DNA from: an uncultured bacterium | GTDB taxonomy: Bacteria; Patescibacteriota; Patescibacteriia; UBA1558; GWA2-36-10 | Length of the DNA: 64,000 nucleotides | Direction of reading: 5' to 3' | Assembly (NCBI GenBank): GCA_903855135.1 | Contig: CAINYB010000007.1 | Coordinates: forward strand, 8,402 to 72,401 | Shown here: in pieces, positions 9,588-18,047 of the stretch | Numbering within the stretch: position 1 is the first letter of the stretch | How the letters are laid out: every line of letters starts with the position of its first letter | The notes under the pieces: generated by a model | What the model was told of the DNA's origin: nothing | Database searches by the model: none | The model's input: the letters and a program-made list of their open reading frames with translations, nothing else | Position numbers and translations under genes: made by a program

Positions 9588-10159
9588 GGCCGTTTCTCCT
9601 TTCTGTTTGGCCTGATGTCCTGCAGACAAGCAAGAGTCAGGTAGCGGTTAGAGCCTTCTGGAAACTTAGTAATGTCGTCAACAGATTGAAAGGTCTTGAT
9701 GACGACTGCAAAGAGCGAGTGGGTCATCCTTTGTATCAATTTAATAGCGCTTTGTTTGAAAACTTCATTATCTTGATGCTCATTAGCGAATTGACAATCC
9801 AAATGGAGCACTAAATAAACCTTACCATCTTCGCTAATGAAATTCAATGGATAGAGCCTACAGACCAATGGACGAATTTGATGTATGGTACAGAGACGAT
9901 TTAAACAAAGCGGACAAGGTGGTTTGACCTGTTCAATGTTGATCGGTTGACCACCAGAAAAGGGGTTAATGAAGTTGATACCGTCGTTGACTTCAAGCAA
10001 CGAGACACCAGCTTCGAATAGAACATCTGCTTCTGCCGGTAAAAGCCACATATACCCCTTACAATCTTCATCGTGGCAATTCTGACAGACAGTACTGATG
10101 CCCACCAACAACTCATCTAGGGCGACGTAAAGTTCGTCGATGGTTTTGATTCTTTTCAT
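9584..10159 (-). CDS. Cys-rich metal-binding protein, YkgJ/UPF0153-like (CxxCxxCC-type zinc/iron-chelating domain)
   Basis: Start revised to ATG 10159 (MKRIKT), giving 191 aa. AGGAG 6 nt upstream; the stop of the rSAM gene overlaps this start. Motifs CQNCHDEDC and CTIHQIRPLVCRLYP resemble the C.IY..RP..CR.FP block of the YkgJ family. Confidence 0.5.
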   Translation of the reverse strand: MKRIKTIDELYVALDELLVGISTVCQNCHDEDCKGYMWLLPAEADVLFEAGVSLLEVNDGINFINPFSGGQPINIEQVKPPCPLCLNRLCTIHQIRPLVCRLYPLNFISEDGKVYLVLHLDCQFANEHQDNEVFKQSAIKLIQRMTHSLFAVVIKTFQSVDDITKFPEGSNRYLTLACLQDIRPNRKEKRP

Positions 10160-11070
10160 CAGTTGCTCCTCTCCAAAAGCATTGGGCATGGGGAATTTGT
10201 ATTCAGACAAAATGAGATGTCTATACCAGTGTAGGTTTGGTAACAACAAAAAGTTGGAGAACACACCGTTGCCGGTTGTGCTAAGGTTTCTAGTTGGTGC
10301 CAGCTCTTCTGTTCAGTTATGTCAGCTAAATACAAGTCCGGCTTTGTGACGCCAGCTTCAGAACAAGCATAGACTAGGCCTTCGGCGCTTAAGTAGACCG
10401 ATGACAAATCAACTGTACACCTAATGTCAGGTTTTGATTTTTGGGTCATGCTACTAGCGAACTGACGTAGAATAGCTTGCTGATTGTGACTGAGTGCAAA
10501 CAAGTCTAATGACAACCTAGCCCGGCCAGCTAGGTTGATTTCAGAGACATGGACAAAGCTTGCTCCTAAGTGTCTAGCTAATTTAATTATCTTGTCCAGT
10601 TCGTAGTAGTTAACTGCCGAAACGGTGATATAAACCGAAACAGGAAGACTAGCGGACAACAAAGCAATTGCCTGGCAGACCTTATTAAAACTACCGAGCC
10701 CTCGAATTTTATCATGAGTTGCAGCTGAGGCGCCATCGAGACTGACGCCGATTGATTGAAGACAATTGGTTAATTTTCTGGCCTTAGAACCATCAATCAG
10801 CCAACCATTCGTGAGTAGTCCGATGTTGTCTATGCCAAATGCGTGGGCATGATTCAGGAGTTCAAATAGGTCTTGACGCATCAACGGTTCACCGCCAGTA
10901 ATCAGGAGTCTTTGCGCACCGAGTTGAATCATGTCTCCAATTGCTTGTTTGGCTTGTTTGGTAGTTAGACTGCGGCCACCGGAGTGGCCGCAGTCAGTTA
11001 TGCAATGGCGGCATAGGAGATTGCAGAGTCTTGTGATCTCCCAATGCCATTCATGGAAATGGTTTGACAC
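10159..11070 (-). CDS. Radical SAM/SPASM-domain enzyme (peptide-modifying maturase-like)
   Basis: 303 aa; CNLLCRHC = Cx3Cx2C near the N-terminus; C-terminal Cys cluster (CSPTFCCY...C...C) typical of the SPASM auxiliary Fe-S domain. Confidence 0.8.
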   Translation of the reverse strand: MSNHFHEWHWEITRLCNLLCRHCITDCGHSGGRSLTTKQAKQAIGDMIQLGAQRLLITGGEPLMRQDLFELLNHAHAFGIDNIGLLTNGWLIDGSKARKLTNCLQSIGVSLDGASAATHDKIRGLGSFNKVCQAIALLSASLPVSVYITVSAVNYYELDKIIKLARHLGASFVHVSEINLAGRARLSLDLFALSHNQQAILRQFASSMTQKSKPDIRCTVDLSSVYLSAEGLVYACSEAGVTKPDLYLADITEQKSWHQLETLAQPATVCSPTFCCYQTYTGIDISFCLNTNSPCPMLLERSN

Positions 11071-11089
11071 TGCAGTTGCCTCCTGTTCG

Positions 11090-12385
11090 TTAGACCGCTT
11101 TTAGAGCATTGACTGCAATCAACTTGCTGACCAATGATCGTATTTCTGGTTCGCTAACAAAATCCAAAAAGGCCGCTATCAACTCAGCTTCATCACATTC
11201 AGCTTGAGTGATAATGTGCTGGATGATTCTGGCTGTAAGTTCGTCAAGTTGAATGGTTTGATAACGAGTTACTAGATAGACTTCGGCGTGAAAACTATTG
11301 AGCTTGGTGAAAGTGTCAGGGACTAATCGGCGATATTCAGTAGTAAAAGTTTCCGGTAAGTCCAGCGGTTCCGGCAGTCTATTGACAATCGGCTGACGCA
11401 AATTTGGATTTTCGCGGATAGCGTAATCAATACAAAAACCCGTCGAGCAACTACAATCGACTTTGCAGCCACAAAGGCAATCGGTGACAACTGGACATGA
11501 CAAACATGGTTCAGTCACCCAAGACAGTTTTCTAAACTCATCAAGTTGGCTTTTTGCCCAGATTTTTTGGATTGGTTCATCTAGGATATTGCCGTAGATA
11601 ATCTCTGATTGATTGCAAATGCGAACATCTCCATCAGGGTTGATTGCAGCAAAAGTGATGCCCACGCCACAATTAGCAGTCATTCTTTCTGACAGCAGTC
11701 GATTGTCTAGACAGTATGGTATAGCCGTGCCAAAACCAACAGCAATACCAAAGTCATCACGAGCCCGAATCATCTGACTCAACGCGACTTTGAATTGCTC
11801 AAGAGAAGGTTTCAACTCAGTGGAACTTTGGCTACCCAAACCACCATCTTCAAATCGATCGACGAAAACAGATTCCATGCCTAACTGATGGGCCTTAGCA
11901 ATGATGTTGTAGATCTGATCGTAGTTCCAGGCGGTTAAAACCGGGATACATCGGACATCAAAACCAGCAGCTACATAACTCTCAATAGTTCTGATGGTTT
12001 GCTTGTATCCACCAAAACGTCGAGTGTGCCGCTCGTGTACACCCTCATCACCATGAAGTGGTACTCCAATACAGGCTAATTTATTTGACAAATCAATCAG
12101 ATTGCGGACTCCGTTAGTAACAATGGTAACAGAAGAACGTTGAGCTAGAAGCTCAATGTATTCGTTAAGCTGCCTCACTCCAAGTAACGATGGTTCTCCA
12201 CCAATAAGATAGACGTGAGGAACCCATGATTCGTAAATGGAATGAACAATTCTGTCCATTTTAGTCTTGTTAAAAGGTTGCTCTCGTCTTGGGTTGTAAC
12301 AAAACACACAGTTGCAGTTGCAACCGTACGTAGTTTCAATGTGGACGAGGTGAGGAACACTCGGTATCTCTAGTTTTTGCATCAT
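11090..12385 (-). CDS. Radical SAM/SPASM-domain enzyme with ~100-aa C-terminal extension
   Basis: 431 aa; TYGCNCNCVFCYN (Cx3Cx2C); SPASM Cys cluster CLSCPVVTDCLCGCKVDCSC. Confidence 0.8.
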   Translation of the reverse strand: MMQKLEIPSVPHLVHIETTYGCNCNCVFCYNPRREQPFNKTKMDRIVHSIYESWVPHVYLIGGEPSLLGVRQLNEYIELLAQRSSVTIVTNGVRNLIDLSNKLACIGVPLHGDEGVHERHTRRFGGYKQTIRTIESYVAAGFDVRCIPVLTAWNYDQIYNIIAKAHQLGMESVFVDRFEDGGLGSQSSTELKPSLEQFKVALSQMIRARDDFGIAVGFGTAIPYCLDNRLLSERMTANCGVGITFAAINPDGDVRICNQSEIIYGNILDEPIQKIWAKSQLDEFRKLSWVTEPCLSCPVVTDCLCGCKVDCSCSTGFCIDYAIRENPNLRQPIVNRLPEPLDLPETFTTEYRRLVPDTFTKLNSFHAEVYLVTRYQTIQLDELTARIIQHIITQAECDEAELIAAFLDFVSEPEIRSLVSKLIAVNALKAV

Positions 12386-12389
12386 GCAC

Positions 12390-12695
12390 CTACCTTCTTG
12401 GGTTTTGAGCTATTTGTAAAATAGCCTCAAATGAATCTTTTGCTGACGCTCGGTTACGCTTGCTTACTTTGCAACGAGTGCAATGATGTGTGATGATATA
12501 GCCATCGGATTTGTTCTCAATTGAAATCGGCTCCATCAGACCACCGCACTGGTTTTCGCGATCACCAGGATCATTGTCAACATGCTTACTGTAAAGGCAG
12601 CTTGGACAATGGTTAGTGTACCCATCGCCTGTAACTTGCGTTCCACAGTGTTCACATGTGAAGTTCTCCTGGCGACGTGTAAAACGTTTTGCCAC
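12390..12695 (-). CDS. RNHCP-type double zinc-ribbon protein
   Basis: Start revised to GTG 12695, giving 101 aa. AAGGAGG 7 nt upstream. Two CxxC...CxxC ribbons (CEHC/CPSC and C...CTRC) with an NHCP motif (YTNHCPSC) as in the RNHCP domain family. Confidence 0.55.
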   Translation of the reverse strand: MAKRFTRRQENFTCEHCGTQVTGDGYTNHCPSCLYSKHVDNDPGDRENQCGGLMEPISIENKSDGYIITHHCTRCKVSKRNRASAKDSFEAILQIAQNPRR

Positions 12696-12775
12696 TATGC
12701 TGCCTCCTTTTTTGTCAATGAACTCCACAGCCGTCTTTCTTCAAAGCCGTCTTTGAATTTCAATACGGCTGTCAT
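12695..12775 (-). CDS. Leader mini-ORF (26 aa), possibly leaderless, stop overlapping the RNHCP start (TAGTG)
   Basis: The ATG lies 7 nt after the -10 hexamer; peptide MTAVLKFKDGFEERRLWSSLTKKEAA; the region also forms an inverted repeat cagccgt...acggctg, so it may be a structured leader instead. Confidence 0.2.
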   Translation of the reverse strand: MTAVLKFKDGFEERRLWSSLTKKEAA

Positions 12776-12782
12776 TAATTTA

Positions 12783-12810
12783 ATTATACTCTTTTATAAA
12801 TTTGTGTCAA
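12783..12810 (-). promoter_or_regulatory. sigma70-type promoter of the radical-SAM operon (TTGACA-16-TATAAT)
   Basis: Minus-strand TTGACA at 12810..12805 and TATAAT at 12788..12783; it abuts the upstream terminator hairpin. Confidence 0.6.
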
Positions 12811-12842
12811 GAAAACACCTCCCGCCTATGGCGGGAGGTGTT
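12800..12842 (-). terminator. Intrinsic terminator of the ABC exporter operon (palindromic, also usable on the + strand)
   Basis: Perfect 12-bp stem acacctcccgcc/ggcgggaggtgt with a tatg loop, followed on the minus strand by GTTTTCTT. Confidence 0.6.
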
Positions 12843-12894
12843 TTGAAGATGACGTCAACGATCAATTAAACAATTGATTAAACTAAAAATTTTT

Positions 12895-13713
12895 CTAACT
12901 CCTAATATTAATCAAATTACCACTAGAATATTTTTTTAATCCCCTATTATAAATAAAGATAGTTATGATAAAAAAGATAATACTAAAAATAACAACATAA
13001 ATAAATTTGTCTAAAGCAAAAGTTTGTAATAGCTCGGCTGGTAAAAAAGTAGCAAAGCCAGCAGGAATGACAAAGAAAATAAAAAATTTTAAAAAACCCT
13101 GTACTACTGAAGATGGATTACTAGAAAAAGCAATAAAAGCATGCATGAGATTATTATGTAATACTTCATTACGACCAAGCCAAAAGCTTAATGATCCAAC
13201 TAGAATATAAAAACTTAATAAAATTAAACTAGAAAAAAACCAACCGACTATCAACCAAACACATGAATATAAGGTAAGAGGAAAAAATAAGACAAAAGCT
13301 AATAAAGCAAATATCAAGTCACCCCAAGCGGACAAATCAGTTTTACTTACCAGGGCATGCAAAAGATGATTTTTAGGAAAAGTAAAATAAAAATCTAAAC
13401 CACCATTACTAATTATTTTACCTAAATTATTAGCATTACCAAAAATAGCATTTACCCAACCAAAGCTACCAGCAGCAAAAATCCAAATAGCGATCATTTC
13501 CTGAAAACCAAAACCATTGAGCTTACCAAAGTGTTCAAAGAAAAAATACCATAACAGCAAAAACATCGTATCATTGATGATCATAAAAAATACCTGACTA
13601 AAAAAATTGAAACGAAACTCCATCGCTGAAGCGAGGTTATATTTGGTGTAAAATAAAACAAAATCAAAATTTTTAGCCACCGTTGATATTAACTTTTTTG
13701 ATTCCTTGAGCAT
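12895..13713 (-). CDS. ABC-2 family transporter permease
   Basis: 272 aa; 6 predicted transmembrane helices; overlaps the upstream permease by 41 nt. Confidence 0.55.
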   Translation of the reverse strand: MLKESKKLISTVAKNFDFVLFYTKYNLASAMEFRFNFFSQVFFMIINDTMFLLLWYFFFEHFGKLNGFGFQEMIAIWIFAAGSFGWVNAIFGNANNLGKIISNGGLDFYFTFPKNHLLHALVSKTDLSAWGDLIFALLAFVLFFPLTLYSCVWLIVGWFFSSLILLSFYILVGSLSFWLGRNEVLHNNLMHAFIAFSSNPSSVVQGFLKFFIFFVIPAGFATFLPAELLQTFALDKFIYVVIFSIIFFIITIFIYNRGLKKYSSGNLINIRS

Positions 13714-14494
13714 AAACTATTTTAATTAAAACTATAAAAATAAAAATCCAAATTGTTTGCCTGAGCACTAAAGCCTGCCAGTAAGCTAAATCAAAATTCA
13801 CAAATGTTCTCGCTGGCCCATATAAAATACCTTCAAATGGTAAATAATGGAGAATTTTTTGTAAAAATATTGGGTAAACATCTAGTGGAAATAATAAACC
13901 CCCACCAATAAAAAGTATTTTTTGGTAAATAAAACGCATCGAATCTACATCCTCTACCCAAAAAGCTAACAAGCTACACGTAGCCGAAACTAGAAAATTT
14001 AAAACTAAAGCTAAGATAATAGCTATGATCACCGCAAAAATAATAAACAAATTTAAACTTGGTAATTTAATAAAACAGATTAAAACCAAAACTCCAACAA
14101 ATAATTTAGTAATAAAATTTATAAAAGTCTTGCCTAAAATCGAGCCAAAATAATAACCCACAAAACTATAAGGCTTCGCCAAAGCATAGGCAACATTGCC
14201 ACTTTTTATTTCTTCACCAATTTCCCCGATAATACTAGGATTAGACGTCAAAATGAGCTCTGTCATAAATACATACCAAATCATTCCTGCCAGACTAAAG
14301 CCTGAGATGATTTTGTCTGGCTGATTAGCATATACCACTCGCCACACACCACTCATCACTAAGGTAATCAGTAAAATAAAAATATTGGAATACAACAATT
14401 CTAAAGGATAGGCCAATCTGTCCATCACAGAGACCTTGAAAATGCTAAAATATTTATTTAATTTTCTGTAAATTTTGTTCATAGATATTAGCAA
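13673..14494 (-). CDS. ABC-2 family transporter permease
   Basis: 273 aa; polytopic; overlaps the ATPase gene by 41 nt. Confidence 0.55.
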   Translation of the reverse strand: MLISMNKIYRKLNKYFSIFKVSVMDRLAYPLELLYSNIFILLITLVMSGVWRVVYANQPDKIISGFSLAGMIWYVFMTELILTSNPSIIGEIGEEIKSGNVAYALAKPYSFVGYYFGSILGKTFINFITKLFVGVLVLICFIKLPSLNLFIIFAVIIAIILALVLNFLVSATCSLLAFWVEDVDSMRFIYQKILFIGGGLLFPLDVYPIFLQKILHYLPFEGILYGPARTFVNFDLAYWQALVLRQTIWIFIFIVLIKIVYAQGIKKVNINGG

Positions 14495-15455
14495 TTATTT
14501 CTTCCATCGGCATTTCAGCAATAGTAATATCGGCTATTTGGTAAATATTTAATAATTTATCTATCACTTCTTTGACGCTAATTTTTTTAATATCAACTTC
14601 TAGTTTTAAACTTAGTTTATCTTGAGCTAAAATTTTCACGCCTCTTAAATTTAATTTTTCACTGGCATGATTATCAGCTAACTCTAAATCAATCAATTTA
14701 TACCAAGCATATTTATCTTTAAAATTTTTGACTGTGCCATCAAAAATGACCCTACCCCTATCAATGACAATTACTCTATCCGCAATCTTCTCTAGATCAC
14801 CAGCATCATGAGAAGTGATAAAAATTGTTGTCTCCTCTTCTTTGTTCATCAAATTTAAAACTTCTCTGAGCTGTTGTTTGGCTACCACATCCAAACCGAT
14901 AGTTGGTTCGTCTAAAAATAATATTTTTGGCTGGTGGATCAAAGATGCGATCATTTCGCAACGCATTCTTTGTCCTAAAGATAATTTTCTTACTGGTTGA
15001 TTGACAAACTCCCTAACTTGAAATTTATCGATCAAAAAATTTAAACGCTTTTGAAATTTAGCTTGATCAAGCTCATAAATCTTGCCAAATAAATAAAAAG
15101 TATCCATCGCTGGCAAGTGATACCAGAGCTGTGGCTTTTGTCCAAACACTGTGCCGATTTTAAAAGCCAACTTTTTTCTATCTTGCCAAGGCACTAAATT
15201 ATCAACTCTAATCTCACCAGAGCTAGGATACAAAATACCAGTCAACATTTTTATAGTCGTTGACTTACCAGCACCATTTGGACCAATAAAAGCAACTTTC
15301 TCACCTTTAGCCACGCTAAAGCTGATATTATCCACTGCTTTCATCTGTTGATATTCTGGCTTAAACAAAGCTTTCAAACTATTACGAAAACCACTTAACT
15401 TGATTTTGCTAGTAAACTCTTTGTTTAAATTTTTCACTTCAATAATCTTTTCCAT
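14454..15455 (-). CDS. ABC transporter ATP-binding protein with C-terminal extension
   Basis: Walker A GPNGAGKST, ABC signature LSLGQRMR, Walker B ILFLDEP, H-loop ITSHD; about 100-aa extra C-terminal domain. Confidence 0.85.
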   Translation of the reverse strand: MEKIIEVKNLNKEFTSKIKLSGFRNSLKALFKPEYQQMKAVDNISFSVAKGEKVAFIGPNGAGKSTTIKMLTGILYPSSGEIRVDNLVPWQDRKKLAFKIGTVFGQKPQLWYHLPAMDTFYLFGKIYELDQAKFQKRLNFLIDKFQVREFVNQPVRKLSLGQRMRCEMIASLIHQPKILFLDEPTIGLDVVAKQQLREVLNLMNKEEETTIFITSHDAGDLEKIADRVIVIDRGRVIFDGTVKNFKDKYAWYKLIDLELADNHASEKLNLRGVKILAQDKLSLKLEVDIKKISVKEVIDKLLNIYQIADITIAEMPMEEIIANIYEQNLQKIK

Positions 15456-15715
15456 ATATTTTGCTTTTATTCTACTCTACTCCGCCTGCGGCGGAGTAAT
15501 CACAGACTTAATTTATCTAAAAAGTCGCCCAAGATTTTGGCCGACTTTTTGTTAATTTGCTATGGTTTTTAAATATTTATGAAAAAATATCATATAACAA
15601 AAAGTCTGCTCCAAAAGTCTTCAACAATAGTTGGATAAGAGGCGTGCAAACACATTTTGTTACTTAATTTATTCATACAATTTAACCTTAGTATAATAGA
15701 ACTTTTTTGTCAAAT

Positions 15716-16069
15716 CTAATTACTTTTCCTAATAATTACTGACTTAAAAAACTTTTCCTGAAAATTAGTTAATCTTTGAATTTCTTCATCAGTAAAGTCT
15801 TTTATATTTTCTGGAATAACTATTAATTTATCATCGTCATCATCTAAACGATGAATTATTGCAATACATTTACCCCCCACTCTATCCAATGGCTGATCAA
15901 CACCTAAAAAATAAGCATCCAGCTCTTCACCATCACCACTTACAGTATTCGGTACATATCCATAATTTACTTCATAAATAAAATCATGTTTCGGGTGTTT
16001 AGCACCTAATGGCCTGTCAATAATCAAATCAACATTTTTTTCTAAATAATTTTCTGCTAAACTTGGCAT
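15716..16069 (-). CDS. Inorganic pyrophosphatase-like protein (N-terminally short)
   Basis: 117 aa; NYGYVPNTVSGDGEELDAYFL aligns with the family I PPase core NYGYI.HT.S.DGDP.DVLV. Confidence 0.45.
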   Translation of the reverse strand: MPSLAENYLEKNVDLIIDRPLGAKHPKHDFIYEVNYGYVPNTVSGDGEELDAYFLGVDQPLDRVGGKCIAIIHRLDDDDDKLIVIPENIKDFTDEEIQRLTNFQEKFFKSVIIRKSN

Positions 16070-16075
16070 AAATAA

Positions 16076-16573
16076 TTATTTAATTATCTCTCTTATTGTT
16101 GATAGCGGCAAAGATTTACCAGCTAAATAATCATTAATAGCTACAAAAGCTCTTTTATCAATAAAATCTTTTTGTTTTAATTTTTGTAATTCAGCTTTAC
16201 TAAACAATTTACAATCATTGATATTTTCCTGGTAAATTTTTTGCTTATCTTTAGAGCTAATTTTGACTGTATCTTTACCAACAACTTTACACAAAAAATT
16301 AAACTGCAAGCGAATCTTTTTATTTTCTCTTAAATAAACAAAATTTAATAATTTTTCTACTTTGACTTTAACGTTTATTTCTTCTTTACACTCTCTCACA
16401 GCCGTATCTAATAAACTTTTATCTAATTTTGGATCAAAAGTACCTTTAACAATATTCCAAAGATATTTTTCTTTAGTCCGCCTTTGGTGGGTACTTTGAC
16501 CTCTTTCTGAAATTAAAAAAAGACCATCGTCTTTTTTTACTAAAGCACCAACTTTTATCTGTATATCAAACAT
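16076..16573 (-). CDS. NUDIX hydrolase
   Basis: Nudix box GTFDPKLDKSLLDTAVRECKEEINV (Gx5Ex7REUxEExGU). Confidence 0.6.
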   Translation of the reverse strand: MFDIQIKVGALVKKDDGLFLISERGQSTHQRRTKEKYLWNIVKGTFDPKLDKSLLDTAVRECKEEINVKVKVEKLLNFVYLRENKKIRLQFNFLCKVVGKDTVKISSKDKQKIYQENINDCKLFSKAELQKLKQKDFIDKRAFVAINDYLAGKSLPLSTIREIIK

Positions 16574-16576
16574 AAA

Positions 16577-17956
16577 CTAAATCTTCATCCTCATTGCTTT
16601 TTGACCACCAGCTGTATCCTCTACCTCCACTCCCAAACTTTGCAAACGCACACGTAAAGCATCAGACAAAGCCCAATCTTTATTATTTCTTGCTTGCTCA
16701 CGCTGTGTTAATAAATCTTTTTCTTCGGCTGATAAGCTTAAAATCTGCTTTTTTAGATTTTTTAAATCCAAGCCCAAAACTTCATCCATTTTATAAATAG
16801 TCGCCAGTTTCTCTTGATCACTCAAATTACTCGCTAAAACTTCTTGTAAAACGGCTACAGCTTGTGGAGTGTTTAAATCGTCAGCTAATGAAGAATAAAA
16901 TTTTTCTAAACTCACAGCATCTGCTTTGCCGCCGTCATCAAAATTTACAATAGTCTTTACTAGATTAACTAAAGCATTTTGCGCAGCTTCTAAAGCTTCC
17001 CAAGAAAAATTCAAACCCTTGCGGTAATGCGTCAATAAAACAAAATAACGATAAGAAAGTGGCGAAATATTTTTTTCTTTTAAATTTTCTATAGTAACGA
17101 AAGTGCCAGCTGATTTTGACATCTTGCCACCGGCAAACTTCAAAAATTCATTATGTAACCAATAGTTAGCTTGCAATTTGCTAGTTGCAGCAAAACTTTG
17201 AGCCATTTCATTGGGATGGTGAATCGGTAAATGATCGATACCACCAGTATGGATATCAAAAGTATCACCCAAATACATCTGGCTCATAACCGAACACTCA
17301 AGGTGCCAGCCAGGAAAGCCTTTGCCCCAAGGTGAATCCCACTCCATGTCTCTTTGAGCATCAAGTGGTGAAAACTTCCACACGGCAAAATCAGTGATAT
17401 TTTTTTTCTCCGGATTTATTTCTACTCTTGCACCAGCTTGTAAATCAATATTTTGAATATTGGCGATTTTGCCATAATCAGAGATTTTGCTAGTATCAAA
17501 ATATAAACCATCGGAAATCTTATACAAAAAGCCTTTTGCTTCTAAAATTTTGACAAATTCAATTTGCTCTTTGATAGTATCCGTTGCTCTGACAAAATGT
17601 GTCGGTTCTAAAATATTTAGCTCTTTTAAACTATCTTTAAAATCTTGAATAAAAAATTCCGCAATCTCCCAAGCATTTTTCCCTTCCCTTTTCGCCGCTT
17701 TTTCAAGCTTATCTTCTCCATTATCTGCATCAGATACCAAGTGCCCAACGTCAGTCAAGTTCATAATATGATTAACTGCAAAATTCTGGGAAAGCAAAAA
17801 TCTTTTTAAAATATCCCAAGTAAGATAAGCACGAAAATTACCGATATGAGGATAGCCATAAACAGTTGGCCCGCAAGTGTATAGACCAACTTGATTATTT
17901 TCGATTGGTTTAAACTCCTCTTTTACTTTAGTTAAACTGTTATTGAGATAAATTTG
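16577..17956 (-). CDS. cysS: Cysteinyl-tRNA synthetase
   Basis: HIGN (HIGH) motif in CGPTVYGYPHIGNFRAY, KMSKS motif, CysRS-like N-terminus; start moved to MQIYLNN (the internal Met of the tracked ORF). Confidence 0.9.
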   Translation of the reverse strand, partial: QIYLNNSLTKVKEEFKPIENNQVGLYTCGPTVYGYPHIGNFRAYLTWDILKRFLLSQNFAVNHIMNLTDVGHLVSDADNGEDKLEKAAKREGKNAWEIAEFFIQDFKDSLKELNILEPTHFVRATDTIKEQIEFVKILEAKGFLYKISDGLYFDTSKISDYGKIANIQNIDLQAGARVEINPEKKNITDFAVWKFSPLDAQRDMEWDSPWGKGFPGWHLECSVMSQMYLGDTFDIHTGGIDHLPIHHPNEMAQSFAATSKLQANYWLHNEFLKFAGGKMSKSAGTFVTIENLKEKNISPLSYRYFVLLTHYRKGLNFSWEALEAAQNALVNLVKTIVNFDDGGKADAVSLEKFYSSLADDLNTPQAVAVLQEVLASNLSDQEKLATIYKMDEVLGLDLKNLKKQILSLSAEEKDLLTQREQARNNKDWALSDALRVRLQSLGVEVEDTAGGQKAMRMKI

Positions 17957-18047
17957 CATAAATTTTCTTGTTATCTGTATTTTAGCTAAAAAACCAAGAA
18001 AAAGCAAAAACCGCTCATTCAGAGCGGCTGCTATTTTTTAAAATATT

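Noticed and set aside
9420-9644. Plus-strand 74-aa ORF (GAGRGCGGGW...) at the edge of the rSAM islet
   Set aside because: It is an artefact of the high-GC minus-strand coding region: low-complexity Gly/Arg composition and no SD. The minus strand here holds the coupled 43-aa ORF and the operon terminator.
12175-12360. 61-aa ORF nested inside the 431-aa rSAM gene on the same strand, different frame
   Set aside because: It is fully contained in a well-supported CDS and has no independent signals.
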